This document shows, one piece after another, positions 23,643 to 38,900 of a stretch of DNA of 64,000 nucleotides (position 1 is the first letter of the stretch; the number at the start of each line of letters is the position of its first letter). The translations under genes were made by a program, and so were the position numbers. Location: positions 75,516,001 through 75,580,000 of the forward strand of contig NC_043003.1 in assembly GCF_006345805.1 (NCBI RefSeq). Direction: 5' to 3'. Source of the DNA: Octopus sinensis (lineage: Eukaryota). The notes under the pieces are model-generated. The model had not been told where the DNA came from. It ran no database searches and was given only the letters and a program-made list of their open reading frames with translations.

Positions 23643-23959
23643 AGAATATAAATGGGTGAAAGTAGTGAGGTGTTGTATGACTTGAAGTTGGCACGTTATG
23701 GATTATAGCTGTGATTGGGACTGATTTGTAATGGATTCTTTGGAATGTAATATTTGTGTGTGTATTTCTTTTATTCTAAAGTTGAGGTGTATTAATCGTT
23801 TGTCGTAGACCCGTTAAGAAGTGGCCTGTATTTTGTAATAAAGAGAGTTTCTTTACTTATTCGTTGTCTCGTGGTTGTATCGTCCCTAAATTGGTAGAGA
23901 GGGAAAATCCTGAAGCCTGGTGTTTTGTTGATTAATATACCTCAACTTTAGAATAAAAG

Positions 23960-24065
23960 AAATACACTATATTAGAATATACCTGCCCAACGTGCCATGC
24001 AGTGGGATTGAAATTGGAACCATGTGGTTGAGAAGCAAACTTCCTGCAGCATAACCACACCTAAA
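23960..24065 (-). mobile_element. SINE family A 5' head fragment
   Basis: Reverse complement of ...ccacatggttccaatttcaatcccactgcatggcacgttgggcag, homologous to 51130/58420. Confidence 0.6.
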
Positions 24066-26284
24066 TCTATATGTAATTTTAGTTTAGAACAACTGAATCA
24101 AAATAATTTTTAGTATGTGTTACCGGTGTGTTTTATTACACCTAACATCAGATATATATTGGATCTTAAAGTAATTCCGTAGTCAATCAATGCTAATAAT
24201 AGATCTCTTATTTTATTTCCCACGTGTAATTCTATTTATTTATATATATTAATAGCATTTATATACATTAATAGCATAAGGTCGAATTTATGCAGCTGTA
24301 ATTAAAGAGGGCAATGAGTAAGAAATATAAAATTGATTGTACAATGATCGTACCAACTTCTTTCAAATCCCCATGGGAATATATCGCTTGCGTTATGATT
24401 CAGTTATTCTCATGTGGTTGAAAAATGCTTCCCTATATGATCTATGATATATTTCCCAGACTTGTATTTATTGTATGTTGGTTTGACATTATTAAACTAT
24501 CCCCGAAAAATAGATACCATAAACCCTATTGATGCCAACTATATTTTAGAAATGTAATATAGCCAATGAAATTCAGGCAATTTCAGTAAATATTCGAAAA
24601 TCTTAACTGAAGCTTTCCATCAATCGAAATATTCAGTGTAGATATACGTACTGAGATGATCAATAATGAAAAAAAGACGTATGTGTTCCTTTATGTCAAT
24701 ATTTTACTTTTTGATAATCTATCATCGAAGTGTGAGGTTTCACTTTAGAATTTTGCTATCATTAATCTTTTATTGAATGAACTTAGATTGTAGTGTGTGA
24801 GACGTGTTTTGATTTGTTGAGTGCTTAACGAAATTGTTGAAATGCCTAGAAAATAGATCTGCGATTTCAATATTGTTTACTTCGGCTAACTTTAGAGGCA
24901 AATGTCTGTCTGCAAATAGTGTCCAGAAAAAAATCAATGAATAAGAGAAGTCTATGATGCATAATGATTTATTTCCATGACACGATGGTACTTATATAAA
25001 CATGTCCAGACATTGTTATTCAAATGAAATTGGATGGGAATTTGATCTATTTGGGTGGATAAAATAATTCCTATTCCTTAATAGCTTTTCTATATCTGAA
25101 TTTCTAGCTTGATATCTCTTTTGTGTTAATAACTGCTGCAACTCGATATTTAGCGCAAGAGAAATAGAGACAAATTTTATAGGCAGCATATTCATATATG
25201 GCATACTACCAGAGGACACGTAATCCATCAAATTGTATATCAGCTCATCATTTTCGATGTTTTGTTATACACCATCAATTAAACATTATTTCCAAGTTAT
25301 TTTATTTTTATACATTAGGGTAAAAAGCATAGATAATTACTCAAAAGTATCAGTGATGTAAGAATATCACAACCAGCACGAAAGCAGCTTTAGAAGAAAT
25401 CGGTGTACAAATATGCCCGCGATAAACATACACTGTTAGTTCAAAAGAATTTAGATGGAAAATATGAAATAGCGTAATACTTTATGAATATAGAGGAAGA
25501 ACTGTAGTGGTATAGAATACAAAAATAAATGAGATACGGCTAGGGAAATTCTAATTGCCGGTTCTTCTCCCTAGGGATAACAGCCAAATCTCACTCATGC
25601 CAGACCTTTATACTGTAGTTACGTAATTTATCGACACTGGATAAAAGGCCAGGCATTATTTATATTGTTTCTAGACATTTAAAGGTTTCCACAAGTTACG
25701 AGAATTTTATACATCCATCGTTTTGCTGCCACGATCGCTTTTACGCCCTCGAATAATTACAATTGGTTGGTTTCATTTCCTTGTCGTTTTCTTGCTCATT
25801 ATAAGTAAGGAAATAAATAGAAAACTTCAGTTAAATGCCTGAATTTCCTTTCCTTTTAAATGAGAATTCTATTGTAAAAGAGATTTATTCTCTCCTGGTT
25901 CATTACCATTCTGATTCTGACAAGCGTACAACGTGTGCGTTTGAGTGTGAGTGTGTGTGTGTTTATGCGAGCGTGTGTGTGTGTGTGTGTATTTGTGCAC
26001 GTGCGTCTTTCACCTCTAAATGTCTTTAAAATGCCTACTGATGAAACGCAGAACCTATCTCCTCTACTAAATTATAACAGGATTTCTTTGCGAAGTTATT
26101 AACCGGATGTCAGATAGTGCTATTCACCAATATAAACAATAAGAGAACGTTATCTTTTGTTTGCTGGTCGATGGAAGAAATGTGACCGAATGTATTACTA
26201 TAAATATATGAATTATGTTATTCTGTCTATGTGTGCATTTATGTATGCATGAAAATATGTGTAAATTTATATATGTGAATAGGT

Positions 26285-26650
26285 ATATATGTATATATGT
26301 TCGTGTTCGGATATATATATATATACATATATTATACAGAGGGCACTATTACACATAAATTACATATATAAAAAAATATATATACATATATATATGTGTG
26401 TGTGTGTGTGTGTGTCTGTATTATATATATGTGTGTGTATACATGTATATATATATATATATATATACGCATTTTTATATATACATACATATATATGTTA
26501 TAGTATACTATATTATATCATATTATATCCTATTACATTATATTATATCATATTATATCATATTACATTATATTATATATTATATATTCATGTATATATA
26601 TATCGCATGTATGTATGAATGTATATGCGCGTGTTTATCTGCGTGTATGT
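26285..26650. repeat. Interrupted (TA)/(TG)/(ATATT) array
   Basis: Read directly. Confidence 0.9.
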
Positions 26651-27979
26651 AGTTTTCTGATGCACCTTTCCATTGAAGCATTTCTATTAGTTACTTTGTC
26701 ATTTGTATGTGCATATATTATTATACACTTGATCATTAATCGGTTTGAATAATTTGGATATTTGTATGGTTGTATGATTGCCTATATTCGCATATTGATA
26801 TGTGTACACACGCGTATAAGTGTCTTATGCGTATATGCAATTTTATAATATTTTAAATTATTATTGTTACAGTTCCGTTGCCATAGAGTTATGAATCAGA
26901 TGATTGAGTGGAGAAGCAAACCGTTAGCTTCTAGTCTCTGTGTTACACTTCGTTGTCATAACGTTATTTTATGAAACCCCATTCGTAGTTGCCTTATGTT
27001 CAGATAAGCGGAAAATAAAATACTTTTTGACATATTTGAGTCGAATATAGAATATATTATACTTAGGGGATATTCGGTGAATTTAGTCGTTAAATGTTTG
27101 TACTATCGATTTCTAACACAACCACCGAGGCATTCCATCGATAATGTATGATGTAGATTGAAAAATTAATATTTTTTCTAGACACCACGGCGACGAAATT
27201 AAATGATTTCCAAATGGGATTTACAATGTCCACAACATTTGTTCGCTCGATAAATATTCACCACAGCAGATACCGTGGGCTATATAACCCGAATTTCATC
27301 CAAAGCAATGTATGTGTTTTACAATATGCTGTAATTTGTAAAATTATTCATCACCGATTTATTAATTCACGAATTCCAACTGGCTGCTTCAAAGTTTCGT
27401 GAAGTATCAATAATATGGTCATATTTTATTATCATTAATATAATATTCTTCTATTCCAAGTTGGCAGCCAAAGTAAATCCATCAAACAAAATACTAGAAA
27501 GTATTTTTGAAAATTTACATAGGTTTCTAATATGAGGTCTGTAACGTAGTTAAACGTATAATAATATTATAAATATATTAAAATAAGTCGCCAAAAGCAG
27601 TAGAATGTCAAATTAAACGTCTAGTGGTAATACCTTATATTCCTTATCATCCAGTACCTCAAACAGTGATGTCACTGAGGTGGGAAATTCCAAGTTCCGT
27701 TGACTAAGTTACATTATTCCCAACAATTAGAAAGTTTTATCTTCTGATTCTGATTTATGACCAAAGAAGGTTACGTATACTCTGTAAGACAGAACCTGTT
27801 CGTTATTTCCGCTATCAAACTATGTATTGAAATTAAGTTCCATTCATTTGATCACTCGTACTATTGTGCATGTGAGGGTGCGGTGCGATGAGCGAGTGGT
27901 GCAGTGTATATGCGTGTGTGTGCGCGTGTGTTTAAGGACACTGCTTAGGATATAATTGCTAATCGTTAATTTTGTGCAG

Positions 27980-28157
27980 GAAAAGGATCATAAAATATTT
28001 TCGAATAAAAACCTGCACTCATAAATACCAGGAATGTACGCATATTTCAGTATCTGTGTAATGGCCGCTGTCTCGTTTCCAGTATATTTCTCAGTCATGT
28101 TACAAGTGACTTTCAATGATGCTGTCGAAGGTGTGCATATTATGCTTAAGAGAGCTG
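27980..28157 (+). CDS. Candidate first coding exon of a secreted or membrane protein (coding part 28034-28157)
   Basis: Branch-like CTAAT at 27959, ttttgtgcAG acceptor, in-frame upstream TAA, ggaATG. Encodes MYAYFSICVMAAVSFPVYFSVMLQVTFNDAVEGVHIMLKRA, then G|GTAAAA phase-1 donor. No homology recognised. Confidence 0.3.
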
Positions 28158-28699
28158 GTAAAATTTTCCTTCCACAATGTCTCAGAGTAAGAACCAAAAT
28201 CAGAGAACAATCTATCAAAATCTTTCTATTTGCATACGATTGTACGTTGACAGCACGTTTATAGAACATTCAAGTATTTTTTTGAATATTTTGCTAATGC
28301 TGCGTAATCTTTTGGCTTAAAAAGCGGCTTCAGAGGAACTGAAGTATTGCAACCGTGCACTTCAAAATGAACATTATTTTCATAATATGCGATCCATTTC
28401 TAAATGCCCTACCAAAATATTGCTACTTGGATAGATTCTGTCAAACATTGACAAACTGTACAAGGAGATCAACTAGTGATTTTCTGATTTTGACTTAGGA
28501 GTGACTGAAGATAATTCATGGCAAAGATTGAAGAACACCACGCATTGGCATTTAACTCTTTCGTGTATGGCTGTGAAACATGAATACGCCTTTCTGAATG
28601 TCTAGATTCATCGGTTTTCGCAGCCTTCGTTCAATTTGAAACATCAAGTGGCAGGACAAAGTCCTCAAAAAAGGAATTCTTGCAAGATTATTTTATTAT

Positions 28700-28790
28700 T
28701 TTACATGTTTCAGTCACTAGACTTTCACATAGTGGAACTAGCCCCGGAACCATGTGGTTATGAAGCAAGATTCTGACCACAAAATCACGC
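28700..28790 (-). mobile_element. SINE family A remnant
   Basis: Reverse complement of cttgcttcataaccacatggttccgggg...tcca ctatgtg. Confidence 0.5.
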
Positions 28791-29276
28791 TTCAAAGCAT
28801 TTACAGTTTACTTATCAAAGCACTACTAAAGTGTGTTGGGCATATGGTACGCATAGAAAAACAAATTATCTAATGCCATCTTCTTTTGTCAGCTTCGCAC
28901 TGCTGCCAGTCGCTCAGGCCGCCCACTACTCCCAGGATAGCATAAATACCTTCTCCACATGACTGAAGAGTTAAAAGTTAGTGGAGAAAATCTTATCAAG
29001 CCATGTGCGACTTTGCGACAGGTGGGACTACACGCTGAGGAAAATAGCCCAGCGTTGAACCGGGTCCAGTCTCCATCTAGAAGACGATAACCACCTCTGC
29101 AACCTTTGCAAAGCGAACTGCATACCACAAATAGATCCATATTTCCATATGGGATGACGATGAAAAGTTACAATTGTGTTACACTGGTACTGCCTGCAAA
29201 TTTTGTTAAGAGTGCACATGTCTTTGAAATCCTTAGCCACGAATACATTAATCCAGACGCAGTACTCTTGTATGTA

Positions 29277-30561
29277 TCAGGTCATCCCATACGTTCTGTC
29301 AAATTTTACCTTTTTTAAAAAAAATGAATGAAATTTAATAGTATTTTAGAATGTATAATGCAATTAAAAATTAATTTTATGCATTTGTGTATATTTATAC
29401 TGATTAAATATTATTTTACAGAATAATAGAATTAAAATTTCTTTGATTAAAACCCTTTCTAAAATGGAAGTGTCCAAAGAGCATTTGAGGCACATAATGC
29501 TTTATGAATAGGGAAAAGGAAACTCTGCAGCCGAAGCGACTCGAAACGTACACACGGTTTATAGGAAAGGATGCTTGAATGAAAGAAGATAGTTTGCAAA
29601 ATACAGAGGTGGAGATTTCAGCCTTGACGATGAAGATCGTATAGGACGTCCAGTTGAGTTTGATGATAAGCTCCTTCTGGCATTACTTGAAAAACATCCT
29701 GCGTTATCAGTTGAAAAATTGGCAATAAAGCTTAGTTCAAACTGTACAACTGTTCATCATCATCTTCACCAACTTGGAAAGGTTTCTAAACTTGGAAATT
29801 GGGTGCCTCCTGCATTGTCCGAAACTAACCGCAAATCTCGAGTTGACATCTGCTTTTCTCTCCATTCTCACGAACTCATTTCACCCTTTAAGTATAGACT
29901 TGTGACTGGTGACGAAAAATTGATCTTCTATCGAAATGTTAAACGTTGTAAACAATGGCTTGATAAAAAGGAAAAAACGCAATCACAACCGAGAAGGGAA
30001 CTTCATGGAAAAAACATTTTTCTCTCTATCTGATGGGATTGCAAATGAATAAATCACTTTGAATTATTCCAACCTAATGCAACAATCAATGCTCAAGTCT
30101 ACTGTCAGCAATTAGAGCGTTTGAGCCAAGCTTTGAAGATAGAACCGCTCTAGTGAATCGAAATGGAGTGATGTTTCATCAGGACCGTACACAATGCGTG
30201 ACCCTACACTGCAAAGATCACATCACAGAAGATCGAAGAGCTTGGTTGGGATAAAATTTCTCATCCACCTTATTCTCCCGACCTTGCTGCTTTAGACTAC
30301 CATTTGTTTTGTAGTTTACAGAATCATTTGGGGTACATAACTTTCGCAAGCCAGGAGGAGGTCTAAACTGACATTTCAGAGATCTTCGCTTTGAAACCAA
30401 AAGATGTTTATATTGACGGTATTAAAATGCTTGTAAATAGATGGAAGGAAGTCATAGATAATCAGGGAATGTACGTTGATGATTAAATTTCAATTAGATA
30501 TAACATGTAATCATTTCTTTTTTTTATTCAAAATTCGGACAGAAATTATGGGATGACCTGA
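29277..30561 (+). mobile_element. Full-length (1285 bp) decayed DD34D mariner, mellifera-like
   Basis: TIRs tcaggtcatcccatacgttctgtc and gacagaaattatgggatgacctga, each flanked by TA. Transposase 29464-30486 reads MEVSKEHLRHIMLYE, GRPVEFDD, WVPPAL, VTGDEK, HQD, PPYSPDLAALDYHLF, with stops and frameshifts. Confidence 0.92.
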
Positions 30562-33214
30562 TATATATGTATATATAAATATATATGAAGTGAGTATATG
30601 ATTCTGCATATATGTGTGCATATATATCTATGCATAACTACATGCAAAAATACAAACCTACTCAAATATCATTTCAAATACTCCCCCCACACACACACGG
30701 CTTAGAACATTTTCAATTCTCTATTGCTGTAATTTAGAAGCTTCTAATACTTTTGCTAGACGGACAAATCTGATGACCCACGAACATATACTGAATCATC
30801 TATAGCCAATCAGTCACTACCTAGGAGTAGATGTACCACGTATTCTTTTTTAAACCATCTTGTCATCTTATACTATTAAATATTTAATATACAATCTTTC
30901 AGTTGTACGTGTAAGTTCTTGGACAATTTATTGAATTGAAGATTTGCAACTGTTCCCAACATCATTTAATCATAGTTGCTGATACAACATAAGAACTGTA
31001 TGTTCTCAACATATTCGAAGCGTAATCATCACCGGCGTATCGATTGTTCAGCATCAATTTAATCATGACCAGACAGAGAATAGTAAAACGCTTTTACACA
31101 AGCACCAATTAACACGTGACAGGCGATACCTTAGCGAAACTAATGCTTTTAATTTGATTTTACGTAGCATGGTTATATTTTTTTTAATATATTTAATCAT
31201 AGCGGCTATAATCAAAATATCTCGTTCAGTCTATCTAGTCAATATTTTTTGTCTTCGGTGGAAGAGAGACATCATCGTTGTTGAAGAATACTAATAGCAA
31301 TTAGTCTTTATCAATAAGAAAAATTTGATGGCATTTTCCATTTATGTCTTATAAGATAATTTATCCGTTGCTTTCTAAAGTTGCATAAGAGCAACTATTT
31401 CAATAGTGCGCCTATGAGTTTTTAATAATCCATGCACGTACATGTGTACTGACATATATACACACATACATACACGCTCACACACACATATGCACGAGCT
31501 CACGCTCAGTCATATATGCACCTGGATGATATATTTAAACTTAGAATATCATTAGGATGTAAAATAGAACTATATGCATTTGTCTACTAAAAATGGAATG
31601 GTGACATGAAGTATAAAAGGGAAAGTAAAATCAAACACAGAAAATCTCTTGTCTGCCAAGGGAACCAGAATCAGCGTAGCATCGGCACATTTAATGTCTG
31701 AACATTTGACCCTATTTTGCTACAGCTCGCTAGTAGTTTTGAATATCACTGAAGTGGACTATGTCAAGAATACTTCTTAGAATATCCTACCAGCAACCAG
31801 TAGGAGTGAAACAAATATTACAGCAGATATATGCAATAGGTTGGACAAAGAAGAGACTAGTCTTTCGGCTGGGTTCGGAAGGAAGAATTTCCTGGAAGGA
31901 ATGCTAGAGCAAAGAAACAATAATAATAAAGAAAGAATAAACTTGGCTGCATTAAGAGCAAGAAAGAACACGAATTTAAGATTAAGATACCAAGGAAACT
32001 TTCAAGTAAAATTATTTAATGAAAGAGATGATTGTCGGAACAGGTCCGGTAGCCCCAACAACAGGCTTCAAGAAAGGATTTTGATACAGGACACGTGTAA
32101 AAAAGAAATATAAAGACAGAAGTGGGAGAATGTTATTGAAATCTATTCTTTAAGTATATAGTCCGCGTGCGTTATTTTAAATCAATCATTTGGAGACATA
32201 GCCAGATATTTTTACATATTTACTTTCCTTTTGGCTGCTGTGAACATGTTGACTCATATAATGTGAGTGGGGGAGCGGTGAATGTGTGAGTGTTCATGTG
32301 TATGCGTGTCTGTGTACGTTTGTGTTTGTGTGTGTGAGTCTATGTTTCTGTGCGTGTGCGTCCACGTGTGTGTGTGTGAGTGTGTGTGTGTATGTGTGTG
32401 TATGATTGTTTTGTGCTTCGCAACGGTGAACCAGCGTAGGATTCTTTACGTCCTTGTAACATAAATTTGGTAAAATGTGATAGAAAGAAGTACCAAACTT
32501 TAAATATTTGCAATGCCTTCGATTACAATGGACTCGTAAATGAAACTTTCAATATCTTCTACATTCCGATATCCGATGAAAGCGGAAGTTTGTGTTATGT
32601 TATTCATCTATATTTTCATATACTTACAGTGCGAGTTTTCCAGATAGTCCTCTGCGTTTGATAATAAATTATTGCACCCTAACTATTAGTATATTGATAA
32701 TTATATATCACTCACATAATGTCTACTCAAAATAATTGTGAACAAAGCTTCTTAGATTAATGGATCGTTTAGGCAGCGAATGTGTTTATGCACTCATATC
32801 TTTTTAATTTCAGTTTTTTGAATGCTTACATTTCAATATGATGTCAGCCGAAATTCTCTAGCTTAATTTTAACATTTTCTGTTTTCATGGCCAGCATGGA
32901 ATTAAAGTGCGAGAGACATTTTTTTCTAAAACCAATTATTAAATTAAATTTCAGAATTTATGTCTACTTGTTGTCACCCAACATATTTCCATGTAACATT
33001 TTAAATCCATCTGCGTGTCGTACCTGCCACCTTCAATATGTGAAAGCAATTACTATAATTTGTATGACCCAAATATATTTTGATTAATTACAGTTTTATT
33101 GGTTAAATATATGTTACTGCAGACAAATAGAAGAGATATGCAGCATTCAGTAATATGCAGTTTGTTACAAGCGACATTTATCCGAAATTTCAATATAATA
33201 AGACTAAGTCTGTA

Positions 33215-33420
33215 AACTAGCAGAATCTTTAACAAGCCGGTCAAAAGGCTTAGCGACATTTCGTTCTTCCTCATCTTCTGAGTTCAAATTCCACCGAGAT
33301 CGACTTTGTCTTTCATCAATTCGAGGTCGATTAAATAAATAGCATTTGAACACTGGGATCACTGTAATCGACTTAGCCGTCTCCCAGAAAGTGCTGGCTT
33401 TGTGCCGGAATTTTAAATTA
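33215..33420 (+). mobile_element. tRNA-derived SINE (family B)
   Basis: ctgagttcaaattccaccgagatcgactttgtctttcatc..gaggtcga..aaata...cactggg...gtaatcgac; homologous to 34170 and 55035. Confidence 0.7.
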
Positions 33421-34169
33421 GTATTAGAAATGTATTCAGTACATCGCTAAATAAATTGCGGTTTTTATCGACTGCGGCCCATTTTGTTTATTCGACATGC
33501 CTATCGTTTTACTATTTCCTTCATATATTACAGTTCCTTTTACTAAAAACTCTAAAAACCGCAGTAAGCATCACTATTAATATATTTTAAGTTGGATTCA
33601 CATGTGTATAAGTGTGTGCAGACACATAGATGAAACTACAGTATCCATAAAGTATATGAGAACATTCTGAAGACATGTCACATGCTAGTTATCTTAGTGC
33701 ATCTAGCTAAACAGAAATAGAAATTTCATTCGTGTATTTAAATCATAATAAATTAATTTCTATTTCTATTTGATATTGAACGATACGAATAACTTTTGAA
33801 ATAGTTCTGTAATGAAAATACACGTAACAATAGCATTCCGAAAATAGCACGAAACGTATAAAGTTTAATATTAGAAAACAATATCACAATTTATTGCTCT
33901 ATTGTTAATTAGCGAAGGTGAGGCTTGACAAAAACATTTTACCATGTTGTTTCAATGTAGTAAATTATCGGTATCACAATACGAAGACGACTTGAAACAT
34001 GATGGACTGTGATAAATGGTCTCATCTTTGTATTGACGTTTATATAATTACATCAAAGTTAGACAAGGTTAATAAAGTAAATTCACCAAAATTGCCAATC
34101 GAAATGTTGCCATTGAAGTTGTCAGCACAAGAGATGTTGTAGTTTCTAACAATGCTTTGTAATTTTCGT

Positions 34170-34335
34170 ACAAAGCCCACAATTTCGAGGGAGGGGATGA
34201 ATTCATTACCAGTAATCAACTGGTACTTATTTTATTGATCCTGAAGGTTTGAAAGACATGTGAACTAAAAGCGAAAGGTATGCCACTAAGCATTTTGTCC
34301 GACGCAGAAACGATTCTGCCAACTCGCCATTTTGA
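34170..34335 (-). mobile_element. SINE family B, internally deleted
   Basis: Reverse complement has ggcgagttggcagaatcg...caaaatgcttagtggcat and tcaataaaataagtaccagttg. Confidence 0.65.
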
Positions 34336-35935
34336 CGTCGTTTGTGATGTTATTGACAAATTCATTCATTTTTTTTACCTATATATGCATTGTGAGTAAA
34401 ATGTAGTTTCTTGATGACTTAATATATTGATACTTGATCCTCCTCTTCAAAAGTCTACAGACTTCTGGTATGCATGCAACATTCATGCGTAAATTGCAGT
34501 AGCAACAGATAGTACAATATAAGCACTACATAGGCCACAGGTGAAGTCCGTGCAATTTATAAGGGCTACTGATTCTTTAGTACCTGTAGCTTTACGCTAC
34601 TACAGCCTACTCTCGGATAGCATCACCGCAATTAAAAGTAAACAGTCATACGTTTTTAACATCAAGACTACTTAGAACATGAAATAATCTATTGTCTAGT
34701 CAATTCATTTGTAAGTGAATAATTCCGTCTTCACCGTTTGAAGTGTTTCACTGTTGTAGAAAGAAGGAAACTATCGGTTTTTAATTTATCATGGTACTAA
34801 TGAGAAATAATTTATTATGGATTTTTTTACTGATTGTTTGTGTCCGTCTTCCCCTTCTGAGTTCAAACAATTCCGATGGGACTATGCAGGTTTAACACTG
34901 CAATAGAAACAAATACAAAACGAATGCGATTTAGTGTTGCTTCTGGAAGTTTTACTTTGTCAATGTAGTGCTTTGATCCAACATCACTGAATGAATGTAT
35001 AATGTTTTCTAGTTTGCATATCTGCATTATTATTGCTATTGTAAATCATGTTTTTTTATAAAATTTGCACACCTAAGACTATATATCATCCAATTTGATA
35101 TTTTCTCTGAGAGCAGCAGTGTGTGAATGCAAGAATAACTGAGTACTATTCCAAGTAAGTCAACCCACCACATAGATGAACCCCCAATAGACAATAGGAC
35201 TCGTATTCCTTGCCAGGGAATTTCTATAAACTGTTGCTGAAGGAGTTTGGTCAACAGAACAAATCTAATTTGGCTTCAGGAAAACTCCACACGACGTCAC
35301 TGTGAAGCAGCTCTGTAGTGGATGTAACCGCCATATACTTTCATGTTTACACTCTCACAATGTATGTAACGGAAATCACAAATATCTGCTTTGATTTTCA
35401 ATAAATGCAATCCCATAAATATATTATTATCACTGACAGTCCTAAATTAAGTAACTGATTTAATGATAAGCGTTATGGGGATTAATAAGCATTCAATATC
35501 ATTCAGGTCATACTGGAAACGAAATCGTGAAGCGAAATCAAGCTTTCAATTGATCATGTAATAACACGAAAGAGAGGTTAGTTTACCATAAAAGAAACAT
35601 TATGGTAAATCCATGGATATGATTGTACATGAAACTAGAAAATTTGAATTCCCATAACCCTACGACAAAGGTAACACAAGTTACATATAAAAGGGGCAAT
35701 CACCGTTTTGGTCAGATGATTTGGCAGGGAAATTTTGAGTTACCGATGATGAAAAAAGGAGAATCAAGTTCACAAACTGATAAACTGAATTGCTTTCGAA
35801 AGCTAGGTATATACTGTTTGTCATTCATGTTATTAGTGAGGCATTTGTGATTACCAATGATATTGTTGTTGTTGTTGTCATTATTGCTGTTGTTGTTGTT
35901 ATTATTGTTATCATCCTCATTATTATTATTATTTC

Positions 35936-38900
35936 CTTTGCACAGCATCTAACGCTGGAGACGTACTACTGTGTCAGATGTTCACTACCAGAGAACTAAG
36001 GTAACACCTCTTATTTTTCGATCACCTTCAGGAGTGTTCGAGCTGTTCCGAGCAGTGCTGTTTTCTGCAAGTGCTCCACTCTTATTGCAGCCTTATTTGT
36101 TCCATGAACTTCTCAAGATTTTTATTCACTGTTCCCAGGGATCCGATATGGTTTGGTACTACTACCACCTTTTTCATCGCATCGACTACAACTTCTTAAA
36201 CTCCCACACTAACCTGTTATATCTATCAGCTTTCCTTTCTTCCTTATCGCATACATTGTTGTCAGCTGGGCATACTATATCTATAATCCAGCATAGTTTG
36301 CTCTCTTTCTCAAACAAGACTATATCTAGCGTCCTATTCTCTATCTCATGGTGACACTGATCATAAAATCCCACAGGATCTTTGTATTATCATTTTCGAT
36401 GATGCCTTCGGGTTTCTGGTCGTACCAATTTTTGGCTCTGTCAAGACCATACTTCTTGCAAAGTATCCAATGGACAATCTGGCTATTTTGTCATGGCATC
36501 TCTTATATCCTTTCTGGGCTAGTGGCGTATATTGGCTGGTAATATGCCACACGATTTCGCCATTTTGCTCACAGATTTTCCACTTATCACTTTCTGCTGT
36601 GTTTTCTATGTATGTTTGTTCTTAAGGCATGCTCTTGGGCAGCACAGATGAGAGCCTCCGTTTCTAGTTTTAAAATCCTTTTAGTCCTCCAAAGTCATCT
36701 TTTTTCTCTGTCTGTCTTATCTTCAAAATCCCTGCATCCTTTTCTTTACCCATCTATTTTCAGTTTCATTCTTTCAATTGTGTGTACAGCACTTTCATTT
36801 TGCAATCTTTCATCCTACACAGGCCTGGTCTTCTTACTTCTAATAATAGTGGTTCTGTGGTATTTTGTACATACTATGCGAGGGAACTGACTTGGGAATC
36901 ATCTTTACCATAAAGTTTGAGGTCATCCTTGAATAACAAATGAATGACCTTTTGTTGGCGACATTTGAATACATACCCTTCAATTGCTTTCTTCAGAATC
37001 AGTGTTAGTGGTATCATGCACAGTAGAAAGATCAGTGAGGACAGGCAGTCCCCATGTAAGATGTCCTTCCCGATTCCTACTGTCTCTAAACTTCTTCCGT
37101 ATGCTGTCAGGTCCGTCCTCCAATTCACCATACTTTTTCCAAGCAATCGCTCAACGTTCGATTCAATGCCAAATAGGTTCATACATCCCATTGTCCAAGA
37201 GTGTGGGATCATATCAAACGCCTTAGTATGATTGATCCATGATATTACTAAGTTAGTTTTCTTCCCCATGCACTCTCTTTGGTGCCTCTGCACTTACGCT
37301 TGCAAACCTTCTGCTCATGTGACAGGGCTCCATTTTGTCCAGATGTTCGTACATTGAATCTGCTAGTATTCCAGTCAATAATGTCCACATAAGTGGCAAA
37401 CTGGGTATCGGCCTGTAATTTCTACCATATTGCTTTTTCGATGTTTATCATGCTCAACATTGTCCTACCCGCTGTCAACCACTCTGGTGTTACGTGGTCG
37501 GCATTTAACAAGGTGCTGATCTGCGCAGCTACTCGTGCATGAGATTCACCAAATCTTTTGATCTGGTAGCCTTGAACTCCATATAGTCCCAGGGCCTTCC
37601 AGTTGCTCATTTAAAAAAGTTTTTGCTGATTTCCTAACATTCCCTAACTGAAATGACTAATTCTGCCTGTTATGACAGACTACTGTTTGCTTCAGTTCTT
37701 ACAACCATTCAGCATCCTTCTTGTGCCCTTTATCATTGCTCCAGATCTCACTCCAAAACCTTTGACTTTCAAATGTTATCTGGTATCAACTTTTCATTTG
37801 TACGCTCTCCATTTATTTCTTTATTGAATCTCTTCCGATCTAATCTGAATAACCTATTCTGGTAGTAACACTTCATTCTCTGGTCTTAACTTACCATCTT
37901 TGCTTTGTTTGAAACGAGGCGCTGTTTCAATTCCTCCATTATCACTTTCAGGTCCTTTTTTTCAATATTATACTTCCTTTTCAGCACCCTGTTTTTTTAT
38001 TCACTTTTAAGCTGCCGTTTCTCTTTTCGGTCTAATATAGTAATTTCTTTCTTGAGCATATCTTACCCTACCTCTATTCTTCTTTTCCACCATGGAACTT
38101 TTCTTTTGTCACTCCCATTATATTTCTTTTCTTGACACCAACGATTCCTGCTTCAACAATACTTGCTGCCTTATCAAATTAGTTGTTTCTGTGATGTTGT
38201 TTGTTCTAATGTATTTCAGAATTCCGTTGACATTTTTCGTTACGTGGCTCAATTTCCACCGATCAACCTATTTAAGGTTGCAAATAATGTCGGTATCGTC
38301 CTCCTGTAGTCTTGCCTTTATTCTGTCGTAGATTGCCTTTTGTTCGTTTGTCATGTCTCCATTAGTTTTATTGTCTTCTTTTAAATCATCTATATGTTTC
38401 TCATCAAGTAAACTACCACTGTTCCTCTCCTGTGCTATGAGATTACTCTTATTAGTAAGAACTGTATTTTCATTGTTATCTCTGCTGCTATTTTCCAAGA
38501 CTCGTCTTTTGATAGTTTCGAGCTCTACGTCTGTGACGCAATGATTTTTTTTCTTATTGCTCTAGCTTTATTACATAGTCTCTGTTCCATGAGTTGAAAC
38601 AATGTCTATTCCCTCCAATGTCATATATACGTTTTTGATAACCCCTAATTTGAGCACCATTTTCATCGACCTGTTTCCTCAGGTAGTAACACTCCATGGA
38701 AATAACATTAATTTGCTTGCTCCTTCTACGCCGCGTGTGGTGGTTCCTTTCTGGATATCGACAGGCTGGAGCCGGAACAGCTTCTCTGAGCCTGCTGGGT
38801 GCAACACTGTCACCATTATTGGCTTCAGTTACATTATCACCATTATTCACAATATTTTGTGTCTTCATTGTCCCTCATATGAAATAGAGATTATCAGGTT

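Noticed and set aside
26036-26110. CTGATGA with partial downstream pairing (similar hits at 11156, 11188, 13745, 30770)
   Set aside because: No correctly spaced GAAA, stem III, NUH and stem I combination.
31777-32130. Faint RTE C-terminal-like wording; similarly a YLGV motif near 44220 (minus)
   Set aside because: Too degenerate to support a call.
35036-35254. IRVLLSIGG...FIKKHD resembling a GH18 chitinase motif
   Set aside because: Spacing is wrong, the catalytic DxDxE is absent, the frame stops immediately, and there is no splice support.
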